Source: Candidatus Nomurabacteria bacterium (GTDB lineage Bacteria; Patescibacteriota; Minisyncoccia; Phycocordibacterales; CAIZLB01). From it: DNA of 64,000 bases. The notes under the pieces were generated by a model. It was given only the letters and a program-made list of their open reading frames with translations, did no database searches and was not told where the DNA came from. The stretch is from assembly GCA_943356525.1 (NCBI GenBank), contig CALRFG010000005.1, forward strand, positions 2,921-66,920. Reading direction: 5' to 3'. Positions 18,531-27,551 of the stretch are shown here, piece after piece (position 1 is the first letter of the stretch; each line of letters starts with the position of its first letter). The position numbers and the translations under genes were made by a program.

Positions 18531-19304
18531 ATGTTTTTATCAAATCACCATTCATTTACAATAGTAAGTAAAAAATCTTTAAAGAGAAAAGATGATTTAA
18601 TATTATCTCAGAATTTTGAAGAGGATGTTAAAGTAAACGTTAATGATGATGACAGACGCAATTTTCTAAAAATCTTAGGCGGGGCTTCGGTCGGTGCTGC
18701 TGTTTTATCTATGATTCCCTCTAAAGCCCAAGCTTATATAATTGGTAGTTCACCAACTGCTGGTATAGTAGGTGTTAAAAATAGTTTAAATGTCGGGGTT
18801 AACCCAGCAACAGAAGATGGAAACCTTGCAACATTGACTGCTAAAGATTTTGCAACAGAGACAACATTAAACACCTTAAACAGTAAGGATTTTGCAACAG
18901 AGACAACACTTGCAACCCGTGCTTCTGAAACTACATTATCTGCCATAAAAACTAATTCTGATAAGTTTTTATTTGATGTAGGTGGAAACCTTCTTACTGC
19001 GTCAACAGGAGGTGCTGCTGGAGCTGTAACAGTAAAAGACACAACAAATACTCAGATAAACCCAGCTACTGACGAGAGTATTTTATATCTTAGACGTATG
19101 GTTAAGTTGATGGAATCTCAAGCGGTTGTTGATAGTCAGATGAGACAGAGAATCGTAGTTGATATTATGCCCTCAGTTACTATTACTTCAGGTACTGTTA
19201 CAACATTAAACCAGATAGCTGGTGTTGATTCACGTTGGCAAATACTAGACTGGTCAAGACAAGCGTACAACAGTGGTATTAGAGGTAATCTTTTAAACTC
19301 TTAA
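18531..19304 (+). CDS. Tat-signal-peptide repeat protein.
   Basis: DRRNFLKILGGASVGAAVLSMIPSKAQA is a consensus twin-arginine signal. Tandem KDFATETTL(N/A)T repeats. Confidence 0.6.
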   Translation: MFLSNHHSFTIVSKKSLKRKDDLILSQNFEEDVKVNVNDDDRRNFLKILGGASVGAAVLSMIPSKAQAYIIGSSPTAGIVGVKNSLNVGVNPATEDGNLATLTAKDFATETTLNTLNSKDFATETTLATRASETTLSAIKTNSDKFLFDVGGNLLTASTGGAAGAVTVKDTTNTQINPATDESILYLRRMVKLMESQAVVDSQMRQRIVVDIMPSVTITSGTVTTLNQIAGVDSRWQILDWSRQAYNSGIRGNLLNS

Positions 19305-19307
19305 CTT

Positions 19308-22184
19308 ATGGCAATAACAAACAATTTAAAAAAACAAATAGATCTGCCGGTATGGGAATGGTGTCGTTTTGCACCTTCAGTAACTACAGCTGTTTCATCC
19401 TTGACGACTGGAAACAACTTGCTAAACCGCTTCTTGTACTATCAGGTATCAAACCTTCTCTATAGATATGATACTCACACTGATACATGGCATCAGCTGT
19501 CATCAACTCCAGCCAACACGCCAACTATCATGAACTCAAATGTTTTAAGCAACTCGGTAGGACATTATGGACAAGCTATATCAGGAGGGGTCAATACTAT
19601 ACAGCTTGCAGGACTTTCTGGACAAGTTTTGGTCGGATACAAAATACGTATATTATCAGGTACAGGTGTAGGACAGGAAAGAACAATAACCCAAGTATCT
19701 CTGCCAACTTATCATGAAAGAGGTGTTGTAACTACAACGAGTAGTACGCAGATAATCGATGCTTCAACAGGTATAGGTTTAAAACAATGGAAAACAAATC
19801 AGTGGAAAAATTATCAAGTTCGTATAGACTTTGGAACAGGTAGAACACAACTTAGGCCTATACTATACAATACACAAAACACTCTTACGTTTAGTGATCC
19901 AAACTATTTAACGGTAAACCCTTGGGCAAACACCCCCTTGATGGTTGGCGCGACTGCATCCTCATCTTTATTTGTTATAGAAAGTCATCAAGTTACTGTA
20001 AATACAAACTGGACAGTTCAACCCGACTCAACCTCAAATTTTGTTATTTTATCAGGTGGTATTTGGAATGTGTCACAAGGTACAGCATCGTCACCGTTCT
20101 TTTCCTTTATGTATTACGACATACTCTCTGATGTGTGGTATCAAAAATCAACTCAATCTGGTTTAAAAGCTGCAGTTTTTGGTGCCACTTCAGATCTTTC
20201 TCTTGAACGATTTACTGAGTTTGGGGGTGCTTTGTTTACAGAAACTGCTGCTGGAGGGGGTGCAAGATTTATTACTGCTTCGACCCCACTTATACCTATG
20301 AGTTACGCTAACTTAGAAATACGTATAGTTAACGGTACAGGTAAAGGTCAATCATTGTCTATTATTAGTAATACTGCCACACGAATAAATACTACCACCA
20401 ATTGGGATGTAATCCCTGATAATACTTCTGTTTATGAAATATGGAGAGATGTTAGTAAGATATTTCTTATAGGTGGAGGTGACTCATCAATGTTTCAGTA
20501 TTCGCAGACTAGTGACCAGTGGACAACAGGAAAACAACTTGATTACGGTCAATGTAATCAGTTAGCTGCTACAAAAATAGGTCAAAGTCCATTTGCCTTA
20601 ACGTCTATAACGAGAACAGCGACCGGTATTACTGGTTTGAACGCGACACCGACGGCCGGGGGTACTGGATATAATATAAATGATTTGCTTACACTTGCTA
20701 TTGGATCAGGTGGTATTGCTCGTGTTACTGCTATATCAAGTACCGGTGCTGTAACTGCGGTCACAATCGAATCAGTTGGAACAGGTTACTCTGTGACATC
20801 AGGTATTGCAACCACTGTTGTACCAGCCGGAGGTACGGGGTGTACACTACAGGTGACTGCTGTTGATTTTACAGAACTAGCTTTAACTCCCATACCTCAT
20901 AACTTTAAGGTTGGTGATACTGTTACTATGTCCGGAGCAAGTGGTACAGGTGCTGCAAAATTTAATGGAACCTACACAATCATCGGTATACCTGCTTTAA
21001 CAACAAATCTTTCTTTCAGTTATTGTTCTGTTGGTGATCCGGGTGCGGCAAGTGCAACTATAGCAAATTCACCATCTACGACTCAGCTTGTAGATTGTAC
21101 TAAAAACTGGACCGTAAACGAGCATGTTGGTAAACTTATCCAGATTTCAAATAATGCTGTTTTAGCAACCGGTCAAGTTAGACGTATTGTTTCAAATACT
21201 GCCACAACTTTAGTTTGGACATTGGCAGCAACCGCACCTGTAAACGGTTTAAATAGATATGTTATAGAAGATATAAAACCTTTTGGAACGGAGCGTATGT
21301 CTAAAGGTGAGATAACTGGAACAGAAGGTTTTGCAACTGGTGGATCGACAACAACTATCATTGATACTACAAAAGCTTGGGAGACAAACTATTGGTCTAG
21401 AACTGTGAACCGTAAGGTTCGTATAGTTGAAGGAACAGGTGTTGGTGCTGAACTTCCTATCACTTCAAACACTGCTACAACACTTACTTTTGCAGCACAA
21501 TCATTCACAGTTGATACGACAACTCGATATGTCATCATGGATACATTTGGAACTGCTACTGCTGGCTCTACTGGTGCACTTACTGATACTGCACAAAACT
21601 GGGAAACAAACTACTGGGTAGGGCGTAGAGTAAAATTTTTGTCAGGGACAGGACAGGGAAATGAGTATTCTATTACATCAAACACTTCAAACACACTCAA
21701 TTTTGCCGTTGCGACTGCACCAGATACATCAACTGCATATGCTATACTTGAGGCAACTCCAAAAACAAGTGGTTTACATCTTGATTGTATAGTAGGATCT
21801 TCCGATACGACCCTAAATAGCAAGTATGTGTATGCATGGACTGGATCAGGTACATCGGAAATTTCTAGATACAATATAAATACAGAGCATTGGGAATATT
21901 TGGCATATTTTCCACAATCGGAAACTCTGTCAACTGGTGCTATGTATTGTTATGATGGTGAAGATAGGATTTATTATTTACAAGGTTTCACAACTACGGC
22001 CAAGTTGATGTACTATGACTTGGTAAAAAACATAGTTGTACCAGCCTCTCAACCTCCATACGGTATGGGAATTTCAGTATCAGGTAACCGTATGGAGATA
22101 ATAGAAACAGAGGATGGTTTGAAATATTTATACCTGATGAGACAATCAGGTAACGAGATGTGGAGAATATTATTATACTTTTAA
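19308..22184 (+). CDS. Large (958 aa) beta-rich repeat protein with no signal peptide.
   Basis: At least six ~40-aa modules of the form W.TN.W....V.I..GTG.G....I.SNT.TTL.F. Separated from the upstream gene by 4 bp. Confidence 0.6.
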   Translation: MAITNNLKKQIDLPVWEWCRFAPSVTTAVSSLTTGNNLLNRFLYYQVSNLLYRYDTHTDTWHQLSSTPANTPTIMNSNVLSNSVGHYGQAISGGVNTIQLAGLSGQVLVGYKIRILSGTGVGQERTITQVSLPTYHERGVVTTTSSTQIIDASTGIGLKQWKTNQWKNYQVRIDFGTGRTQLRPILYNTQNTLTFSDPNYLTVNPWANTPLMVGATASSSLFVIESHQVTVNTNWTVQPDSTSNFVILSGGIWNVSQGTASSPFFSFMYYDILSDVWYQKSTQSGLKAAVFGATSDLSLERFTEFGGALFTETAAGGGARFITASTPLIPMSYANLEIRIVNGTGKGQSLSIISNTATRINTTTNWDVIPDNTSVYEIWRDVSKIFLIGGGDSSMFQYSQTSDQWTTGKQLDYGQCNQLAATKIGQSPFALTSITRTATGITGLNATPTAGGTGYNINDLLTLAIGSGGIARVTAISSTGAVTAVTIESVGTGYSVTSGIATTVVPAGGTGCTLQVTAVDFTELALTPIPHNFKVGDTVTMSGASGTGAAKFNGTYTIIGIPALTTNLSFSYCSVGDPGAASATIANSPSTTQLVDCTKNWTVNEHVGKLIQISNNAVLATGQVRRIVSNTATTLVWTLAATAPVNGLNRYVIEDIKPFGTERMSKGEITGTEGFATGGSTTTIIDTTKAWETNYWSRTVNRKVRIVEGTGVGAELPITSNTATTLTFAAQSFTVDTTTRYVIMDTFGTATAGSTGALTDTAQNWETNYWVGRRVKFLSGTGQGNEYSITSNTSNTLNFAVATAPDTSTAYAILEATPKTSGLHLDCIVGSSDTTLNSKYVYAWTGSGTSEISRYNINTEHWEYLAYFPQSETLSTGAMYCYDGEDRIYYLQGFTTTAKLMYYDLVKNIVVPASQPPYGMGISVSGNRMEIIETEDGLKYLYLMRQSGNEMWRILLYF

Positions 22185-22193
22185 TACAATATC

Positions 22194-23132
22194 ATGAATA
22201 TAGATTATCTTATACAATTATTAACAAATAGACTCTCAAAACTTGTTCTTACAAAAGATCAAGCTTTTTCCTCTGGAGATCTTGAGAGAATAAATACTGT
22301 TGATGGTGAGATACTAGATGTGCACAATACACTTTCAAAACTTAGGCTTGTATTAAACGTAGACGAGGCTGCAGCTGTATCATCTTTGTCTGCTTCACAA
22401 ATAGTGCAAAGGGGAATAGAGTCTATTTTTACACCAAGTATTATAAACGGTTCTACTGAAGTAATGTTAAAATATAATATAGTTCCATATGCTACAGATC
22501 CGTATCACGAGACTAAGATTCAAACAATATTAGAAAATATGGGAAGTATGGATCGTTATGATCAAATAGATACTTACTTGAGGAGAAGTACACCAGACAC
22601 CCCACTTACAGGTTTGATGATTTACAATTCTGCTATGAAATATAACGTAGACATCCGTTTGATGATGGCTATTATGGAACTTGATTCTAGATATGGAACA
22701 CAAGGTTTAGGTGCTAGAACTTTTAACCCTGGCAATGTTGGTAATAATGGTTTTGAGGAAAGAAGCTATGGTTCATGGGAGGCCGGGGTTGATGCAGTAG
22801 CAAACTGGTTAAATAATCATAGAATCGCACAAGATAATACAATTACAATTAGTCCTACTATTGAACCACAACCGTCGATTTCTTTCATAACGATTCCATC
22901 TATCGTTCCAGCTGTTTCCAGTATAGTCATAACACCTGATACCGCTAGTGGTTTGACATCGGCGGCCACCTCAACAGTTTCTTTTGACATAGCTAGTTCT
23001 ACAGAGCCTGTTGCTGTAACTTCTACGACAACAGAAACTTTGGCCATAAGTACAGATTCCATTGTCGATACAGTTACTATCGATATAGCAACAACAACTG
23101 ACGCTACTGCAAGTTTTACAGAATCAAATTAG
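22194..23132 (+). CDS. Putative peptidoglycan hydrolase-like domain protein (glucosaminidase/GH73-like) with a Ser/Thr-rich C-terminal tail.
   Basis: MAIMELDSRYGTQGLGARTFNPGNVGNNGFEERSYGSWEAGVDAVANWL weakly resembles the FlgJ/GH73 core. The C-terminal ~100 aa are T/S/I-rich. Low-confidence function. Confidence 0.35.
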   Translation: MNIDYLIQLLTNRLSKLVLTKDQAFSSGDLERINTVDGEILDVHNTLSKLRLVLNVDEAAAVSSLSASQIVQRGIESIFTPSIINGSTEVMLKYNIVPYATDPYHETKIQTILENMGSMDRYDQIDTYLRRSTPDTPLTGLMIYNSAMKYNVDIRLMMAIMELDSRYGTQGLGARTFNPGNVGNNGFEERSYGSWEAGVDAVANWLNNHRIAQDNTITISPTIEPQPSISFITIPSIVPAVSSIVITPDTASGLTSAATSTVSFDIASSTEPVAVTSTTTETLAISTDSIVDTVTIDIATTTDATASFTESN

Positions 23133-23169
23133 TATAGAGCTGTAGAATCGTGCTAATCTTACTTCATAT

Positions 23170-23901
23170 ATGGAAAAGGTACACGGAAAATACGAAAAAT
23201 TTTATCCATATTTGGAAGACTTAAAACAACGTTTATATAAAGGGGTTGTTCTTTTTTCTATTATGTTTTTTGTAGGTTTTTTTCAAACATCTATAATACT
23301 TAGATATATTATTTCAAATTTAAATATAAAAGATGTAGTAATAGCAGCAACCTCACCTTTTCAATTTACAAGTCTTGCAACGGATGTTGGTTTCTTTTTA
23401 GCTATTATTGTTTCTATTCCTTATTTTATGTATAACGTATATGCATTTATAGCACCAGCTATAACAAAAAAAGAAAGAAATTTTATATATCTATCAATAC
23501 CTGTTTGTTTGTTATTATTTACCTTTGGATTTTTGTACGGTTTTTTTATACTTTACTATACACTTCAGTTATTGGCCAACATAAATACAGGAATAGGAAT
23601 TCAAAATATTTGGGATGTTAGTAATTTTATAATGCAGATATTTATGACAGCAAGTTTTTTGGGCTTATTTTTTGAGTTTCCAATTATCATGACTCTTATG
23701 ATAAAAACTAATATGTTAAATGTAAAAACACTTAAAAATAAAAGAAGAATAGCCTATTTTCTAATATTTGCATTGACAGCTTTACTTCCACCAACTGATG
23801 GTATATCATTAATAGCAATATCTTTGCCACTTATACTTTTATATGAAGTGACAATTTTATTTAATAATAATAATAAAAATAATAAAATAAAAATATGTTA
23901 G
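23170..23901 (+). CDS. tatC: Sec-independent protein translocase TatC.
   Basis: Six-TM protein. It carries ATSPFQFTSLA, FIAPAITKKERNF (TatC F-x-x-P-x-L-x-x-E-R) and ALLPPTDGIS (TatC LTPPD motif). Confidence 0.8.
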   Translation: MEKVHGKYEKFYPYLEDLKQRLYKGVVLFSIMFFVGFFQTSIILRYIISNLNIKDVVIAATSPFQFTSLATDVGFFLAIIVSIPYFMYNVYAFIAPAITKKERNFIYLSIPVCLLLFTFGFLYGFFILYYTLQLLANINTGIGIQNIWDVSNFIMQIFMTASFLGLFFEFPIIMTLMIKTNMLNVKTLKNKRRIAYFLIFALTALLPPTDGISLIAISLPLILLYEVTILFNNNNKNNKIKIC

Positions 23902-24059
23902 GATTAGGAAACAGAGAAATAATAATATTAGCAATTATTTTAGTTTTACTATTTGGAGCAAAGAAAATTCCAGAACTTGCAAGAGGTGTGGGTGATGCAG
24001 TACGTCATATAAGAAATGGTTTTACAGACGAAGTCGATAAGGATGGAAAAAAGAAATAA
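23895..24059 (+). CDS. tatA: Tat translocase TatA/E family protein. 54 aa, below the ORF-track size cutoff.
   Basis: MLGLGNREIIILAIILVLLFGAKKIPELARGVGDAVRHIRNGF is the TatA TM-hinge-amphipathic helix signature (LLFGxKK(I/L)PEL). It overlaps the tatC stop. Confidence 0.75.
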   Translation: MLGLGNREIIILAIILVLLFGAKKIPELARGVGDAVRHIRNGFTDEVDKDGKKK

Positions 24060-24075
24060 TTCATTTGAATAAAAA

Positions 24076-24690
24076 ATGTCACACGTAAAGAGGATAGTTT
24101 TTTGGACAATATTGCTGATTGGGTCAGCGGTATTGTTTTATTTTTGGTCAACAAATCAAATGCTTATGATAAAGGCAGAAGAATCGGTTTACTCTGAACC
24201 TCAGACAGCTTTATCTGTGCAAAAAGAAGTTATAATCACTCCTAAATTTTACACCGTATCAACTTCAAGTTTTATGAAAATATTAACAATGAAAGATCTT
24301 GATTTAAATGAGTGGTCAAGTTCAACTCTCAAAATCAGTTCAACTACCATAGATTCTACAGATTTTGCTTTCAATTTCCCTAATGAAAAAAGTCTATTAT
24401 ATCAAAACTGTACTTACAGGGTAGAACTTGATTTTGGTGATAGCTTAAAACCTAACTATATGGGAGTTTTACTTGTAGATGCCGGTACACAAAAAGAGGT
24501 TAAATCAAAAGATAGTGGACTTATTTATTCATCAACATTCAAAGAAAATATTTTCTTGTGGAGTGTTGGAAATATATGGCCTGGAGAATATTATTTATCC
24601 ATACCGATGATCGAAGGTAAGGAGGTTGTAGTAAAAAGTAAAAAATTTATTATTGAAGAAAAACCTGAAGGCTATGTATGTAAAAAATAG
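24076..24690 (+). CDS. N-terminally membrane-anchored hypothetical protein.
   Basis: N-terminal TM segment, then a soluble domain with no recognisable motif. Confidence 0.4.
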   Translation: MSHVKRIVFWTILLIGSAVLFYFWSTNQMLMIKAEESVYSEPQTALSVQKEVIITPKFYTVSTSSFMKILTMKDLDLNEWSSSTLKISSTTIDSTDFAFNFPNEKSLLYQNCTYRVELDFGDSLKPNYMGVLLVDAGTQKEVKSKDSGLIYSSTFKENIFLWSVGNIWPGEYYLSIPMIEGKEVVVKSKKFIIEEKPEGYVCKK

Positions 24691-24728
24691 TTTTATATTT
24701 TATTTTTTTATCGTATAATTACTTCAAC

Positions 24729-26636
24729 ATGAAGACAAAAATATTATTTTCTATAATTATAGTTTTTGTTTTTACGTCTCTAAATGTTTACGCTGGAACC
24801 GAAAGGGTTTACTTGGGACAAACGATAAGAATAGGAGATTTTGTTTTTGAAGATGACTACACTCCAAGTACTGATGATTGTACTATTTCCATATATGACC
24901 CGAGTGGTGTACAGAAGGTAACTGAGCAAATAATGTTAGATAATGTTAGCGGTTGGCATTATTATGATTATACTGTTGGCATAAATGAAGTGACTGGAAA
25001 ATGGCCTGTTATTATGTCTTGCGGAAGTAATTTAACTCTTGATTTGGTTAAAGTTAATAAAGATTTTATCGTTGAGGTTGATACAACACTCTCAACTTCT
25101 ACCATAGCAGCTTCTGTTTCTACTTCGGTTTGGTCAAATCCATTACGAACTTTGACCGACTATGCAACATCATCCATAGCTGCTGCTATTTGGGGTTCAG
25201 CAAATAGAAGTCTTACCACTTTTGGAAGTTTAGTTTCTGATATATGGGCAAGCCCGACACGTGACCTTACAAGTTATGGAAATAACATAACCGCTGTAGA
25301 TGTATGGAATGCTGCAAACAGGTCTTTAACTGATTATTCAACTTCAAGTATAGCCAATGCTTCAGCTGATCTGGTTTGGAACAAGGCTTCTTCACAGCTT
25401 AACAGTATTGGTTCTATTGGTAAATTATTAACAGATAATATCGATGCGCAGATATCAAGTAGGGGAACAAGTTCTCTAACAGCTCTTGATGTTTGGAATG
25501 CTGGAACAAGATCTCTTACAAATTATTCTGAATCATCTATTGCTTCAGCTGCAGCGACAGCAGTGTGGGCAAATGGATCAAAAGAGCTTACAAATTACGG
25601 TAATGATATAACCGCAGCTGATGTATGGAGTGTTTTAACATCAAACCTAACAACAATAAATTCTATTGGAAAATTACTGGCTGACAATGTTGACTCACAA
25701 GTCTCAACTCGAGCAAATTTAACAAATCAAGAAGCTGGCTGGACAGTAAACATGTCTGATTTCACAACGGTTCAGACAGGTAAAACCTATAGAGCAAAAG
25801 TTTCTATTTTGAATTACCAATCTATACAAACAAATCCTTTTTCAACCCCAACGATAACCCTATTTGATCCAAGTAGGAATGTTGTTGTTTCAAACATTGC
25901 AATGACAAACATATCACCAGGTATATATGAATACACATATACTGTTGCAGGTACTGCAGAGCAAGGTGTATGGGAAGGTGTTGTAAATACTCAAGTTGAA
26001 TCCGGAAAAACTATAAATACAAATGATTATTGGCTAGTGGCAGGTTCACCGGCACAGGTTATTATTAACGGAGTTACGACATCAGGGCCTACTGTAACTG
26101 CAAACTTGACTGTAACAAACGAAGGTCTTGCTGGTTATGAATATCAATATGAATGGTGTGTTGTTTCAGATATAAACAATCCATGTGGTGGAGGTGATGA
26201 TGTATATAGAGGAACAGGGGCTAAGTACATAAATCCAGGTGAAGATTGGAATACTAACCTAACAGCTACTGTTACAACTGATGGGAATTATTATTTTAAA
26301 GTTATAGTTTATTTTGGGACTGAAAAATCTGGATCATCAAGAACATTTACTATGACAGGGGCAAATGTTATTACACCTCCTGCAGGTGGCGGTGGTGGAG
26401 GAGGTGGCGGTGGTGGAGGAGCTTATTCTTCCAGTGTGGCTGTATGTATGGGTGGGGACCTCAATGGAGATAAAAAAGTAAATACAGTAGATTTCTCTAT
26501 ATTACTTTCATTTTGGAAAACAAAACCACCGTTTAAAAATTCTTGTGTTGATATAAATAAAGATGGAAATATAAACACTTCTGACTTCTCTATACTATTA
26601 TCTCAATGGGGAACTAAAGGTAAAAATATAAAATAA
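24729..26636 (+). CDS. Secreted repeat protein with a C-terminal type-I-like dockerin domain.
   Basis: Signal peptide. SLT(D/N)Y..SSIA repeats. A Gly12 linker. Two Ca-binding dockerin repeats, DLNGDKKVNTVDFSILL and DINKDGNINTSDFSILL. Confidence 0.6.
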   Translation: MKTKILFSIIIVFVFTSLNVYAGTERVYLGQTIRIGDFVFEDDYTPSTDDCTISIYDPSGVQKVTEQIMLDNVSGWHYYDYTVGINEVTGKWPVIMSCGSNLTLDLVKVNKDFIVEVDTTLSTSTIAASVSTSVWSNPLRTLTDYATSSIAAAIWGSANRSLTTFGSLVSDIWASPTRDLTSYGNNITAVDVWNAANRSLTDYSTSSIANASADLVWNKASSQLNSIGSIGKLLTDNIDAQISSRGTSSLTALDVWNAGTRSLTNYSESSIASAAATAVWANGSKELTNYGNDITAADVWSVLTSNLTTINSIGKLLADNVDSQVSTRANLTNQEAGWTVNMSDFTTVQTGKTYRAKVSILNYQSIQTNPFSTPTITLFDPSRNVVVSNIAMTNISPGIYEYTYTVAGTAEQGVWEGVVNTQVESGKTINTNDYWLVAGSPAQVIINGVTTSGPTVTANLTVTNEGLAGYEYQYEWCVVSDINNPCGGGDDVYRGTGAKYINPGEDWNTNLTATVTTDGNYYFKVIVYFGTEKSGSSRTFTMTGANVITPPAGGGGGGGGGGGGAYSSSVAVCMGGDLNGDKKVNTVDFSILLSFWKTKPPFKNSCVDINKDGNINTSDFSILLSQWGTKGKNIK

Positions 26637-26647
26637 TATAAATAAAT

Positions 26648-27544
26648 ATGTTAATTCATCATAATTTTAAAAAAATAGTAAAATCAACACTCATTTTATG
26701 TGTTATTTTAATTTCTATTAAAAGTGAGGCTATGTCTCTGTATTTTGAAAAACCTGAGTCAGAAATACGTGTTGGCGATACTGTCATGTTAAATATCTTT
26801 CTAGATACTGAAAATATTGAAGTTAATGGGATAGAAGGTGTTGCAAAAATATCAGGTGCCGGAGTGGTTAGTAATTTAAATGTAGCAGGTTCTGTTTTTA
26901 GTCTGTGGCCAAATAAACCATCACTCTTAGGTGAAGAAGTTAGTTTTGTTGGCGGAACACCTTCAGGTGTGTTCGGTAAGAAGAATAAAGTATTTAGTAT
27001 TTTTTTTAAAGCAACAGAGGTAGGTAAGGTTAATCTTTCTATAAAGCAGGCCGACGTTTTTTTAAATGATGGTAAAGGTACAAAATTAGCCTTACTTGGT
27101 ATAAATGAAGTTTTAGATATTTCTAAATCAATCAATGAATCCAAGAATGAATTGAGTAATTTAATTATAAACGATAAGGTTTTACCAAATCCATTTAAAA
27201 TAGAATTGGGAAAAGACCCAAACATGTTTGATGGAAAATATTTTATAAGCTTTTACTCTACTGATGATATGTCCGGTATAAATAGATATGAAGTTAGAGA
27301 GAATAATTTACCAGCTGTAAGATCTGGTAATACTTATGTTTTGGAAGACCAATCTTTAAGTGGGAAAGTCGAAGTTAAAGTGATAGATAATGCTGGTAAT
27401 TTTACTATCAAAACAATAGACCTTAAAGAAAAAGATAATAAATATAATTCATATATATTATTACTAATTATTATTATTATTTGTATATTATTATATTTTA
27501 AGATTAAAAAAATAAGAAAAAGTAAGAAAAAAAATAAAAAATAA
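26648..27544 (+). CDS. Cohesin-like domain protein with a C-terminal TM anchor.
   Basis: Signal peptide and a cohesin-like beta-sandwich block (VGDTVMLNIFLDTENIEVNGIEGVAKISG...VSFVGGTPSGVFGKKNKVFSIFFKATEVGKVNLSI). C-terminal hydrophobic anchor plus a KKxRK tail. Confidence 0.45.
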   Translation: MLIHHNFKKIVKSTLILCVILISIKSEAMSLYFEKPESEIRVGDTVMLNIFLDTENIEVNGIEGVAKISGAGVVSNLNVAGSVFSLWPNKPSLLGEEVSFVGGTPSGVFGKKNKVFSIFFKATEVGKVNLSIKQADVFLNDGKGTKLALLGINEVLDISKSINESKNELSNLIINDKVLPNPFKIELGKDPNMFDGKYFISFYSTDDMSGINRYEVRENNLPAVRSGNTYVLEDQSLSGKVEVKVIDNAGNFTIKTIDLKEKDNKYNSYILLLIIIIICILLYFKIKKIRKSKKKNKK

Positions 27545-27551
27545 TATTGTC

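Noticed and set aside
26386-26420. GGTGGCGGTGGTGGAGGAGG... tract that might be mistaken for a repeat array or SSR.
   Set aside because: It encodes an in-frame Gly12 linker inside the dockerin protein. There is no spacer or repeat periodicity, so it is not a CRISPR array.
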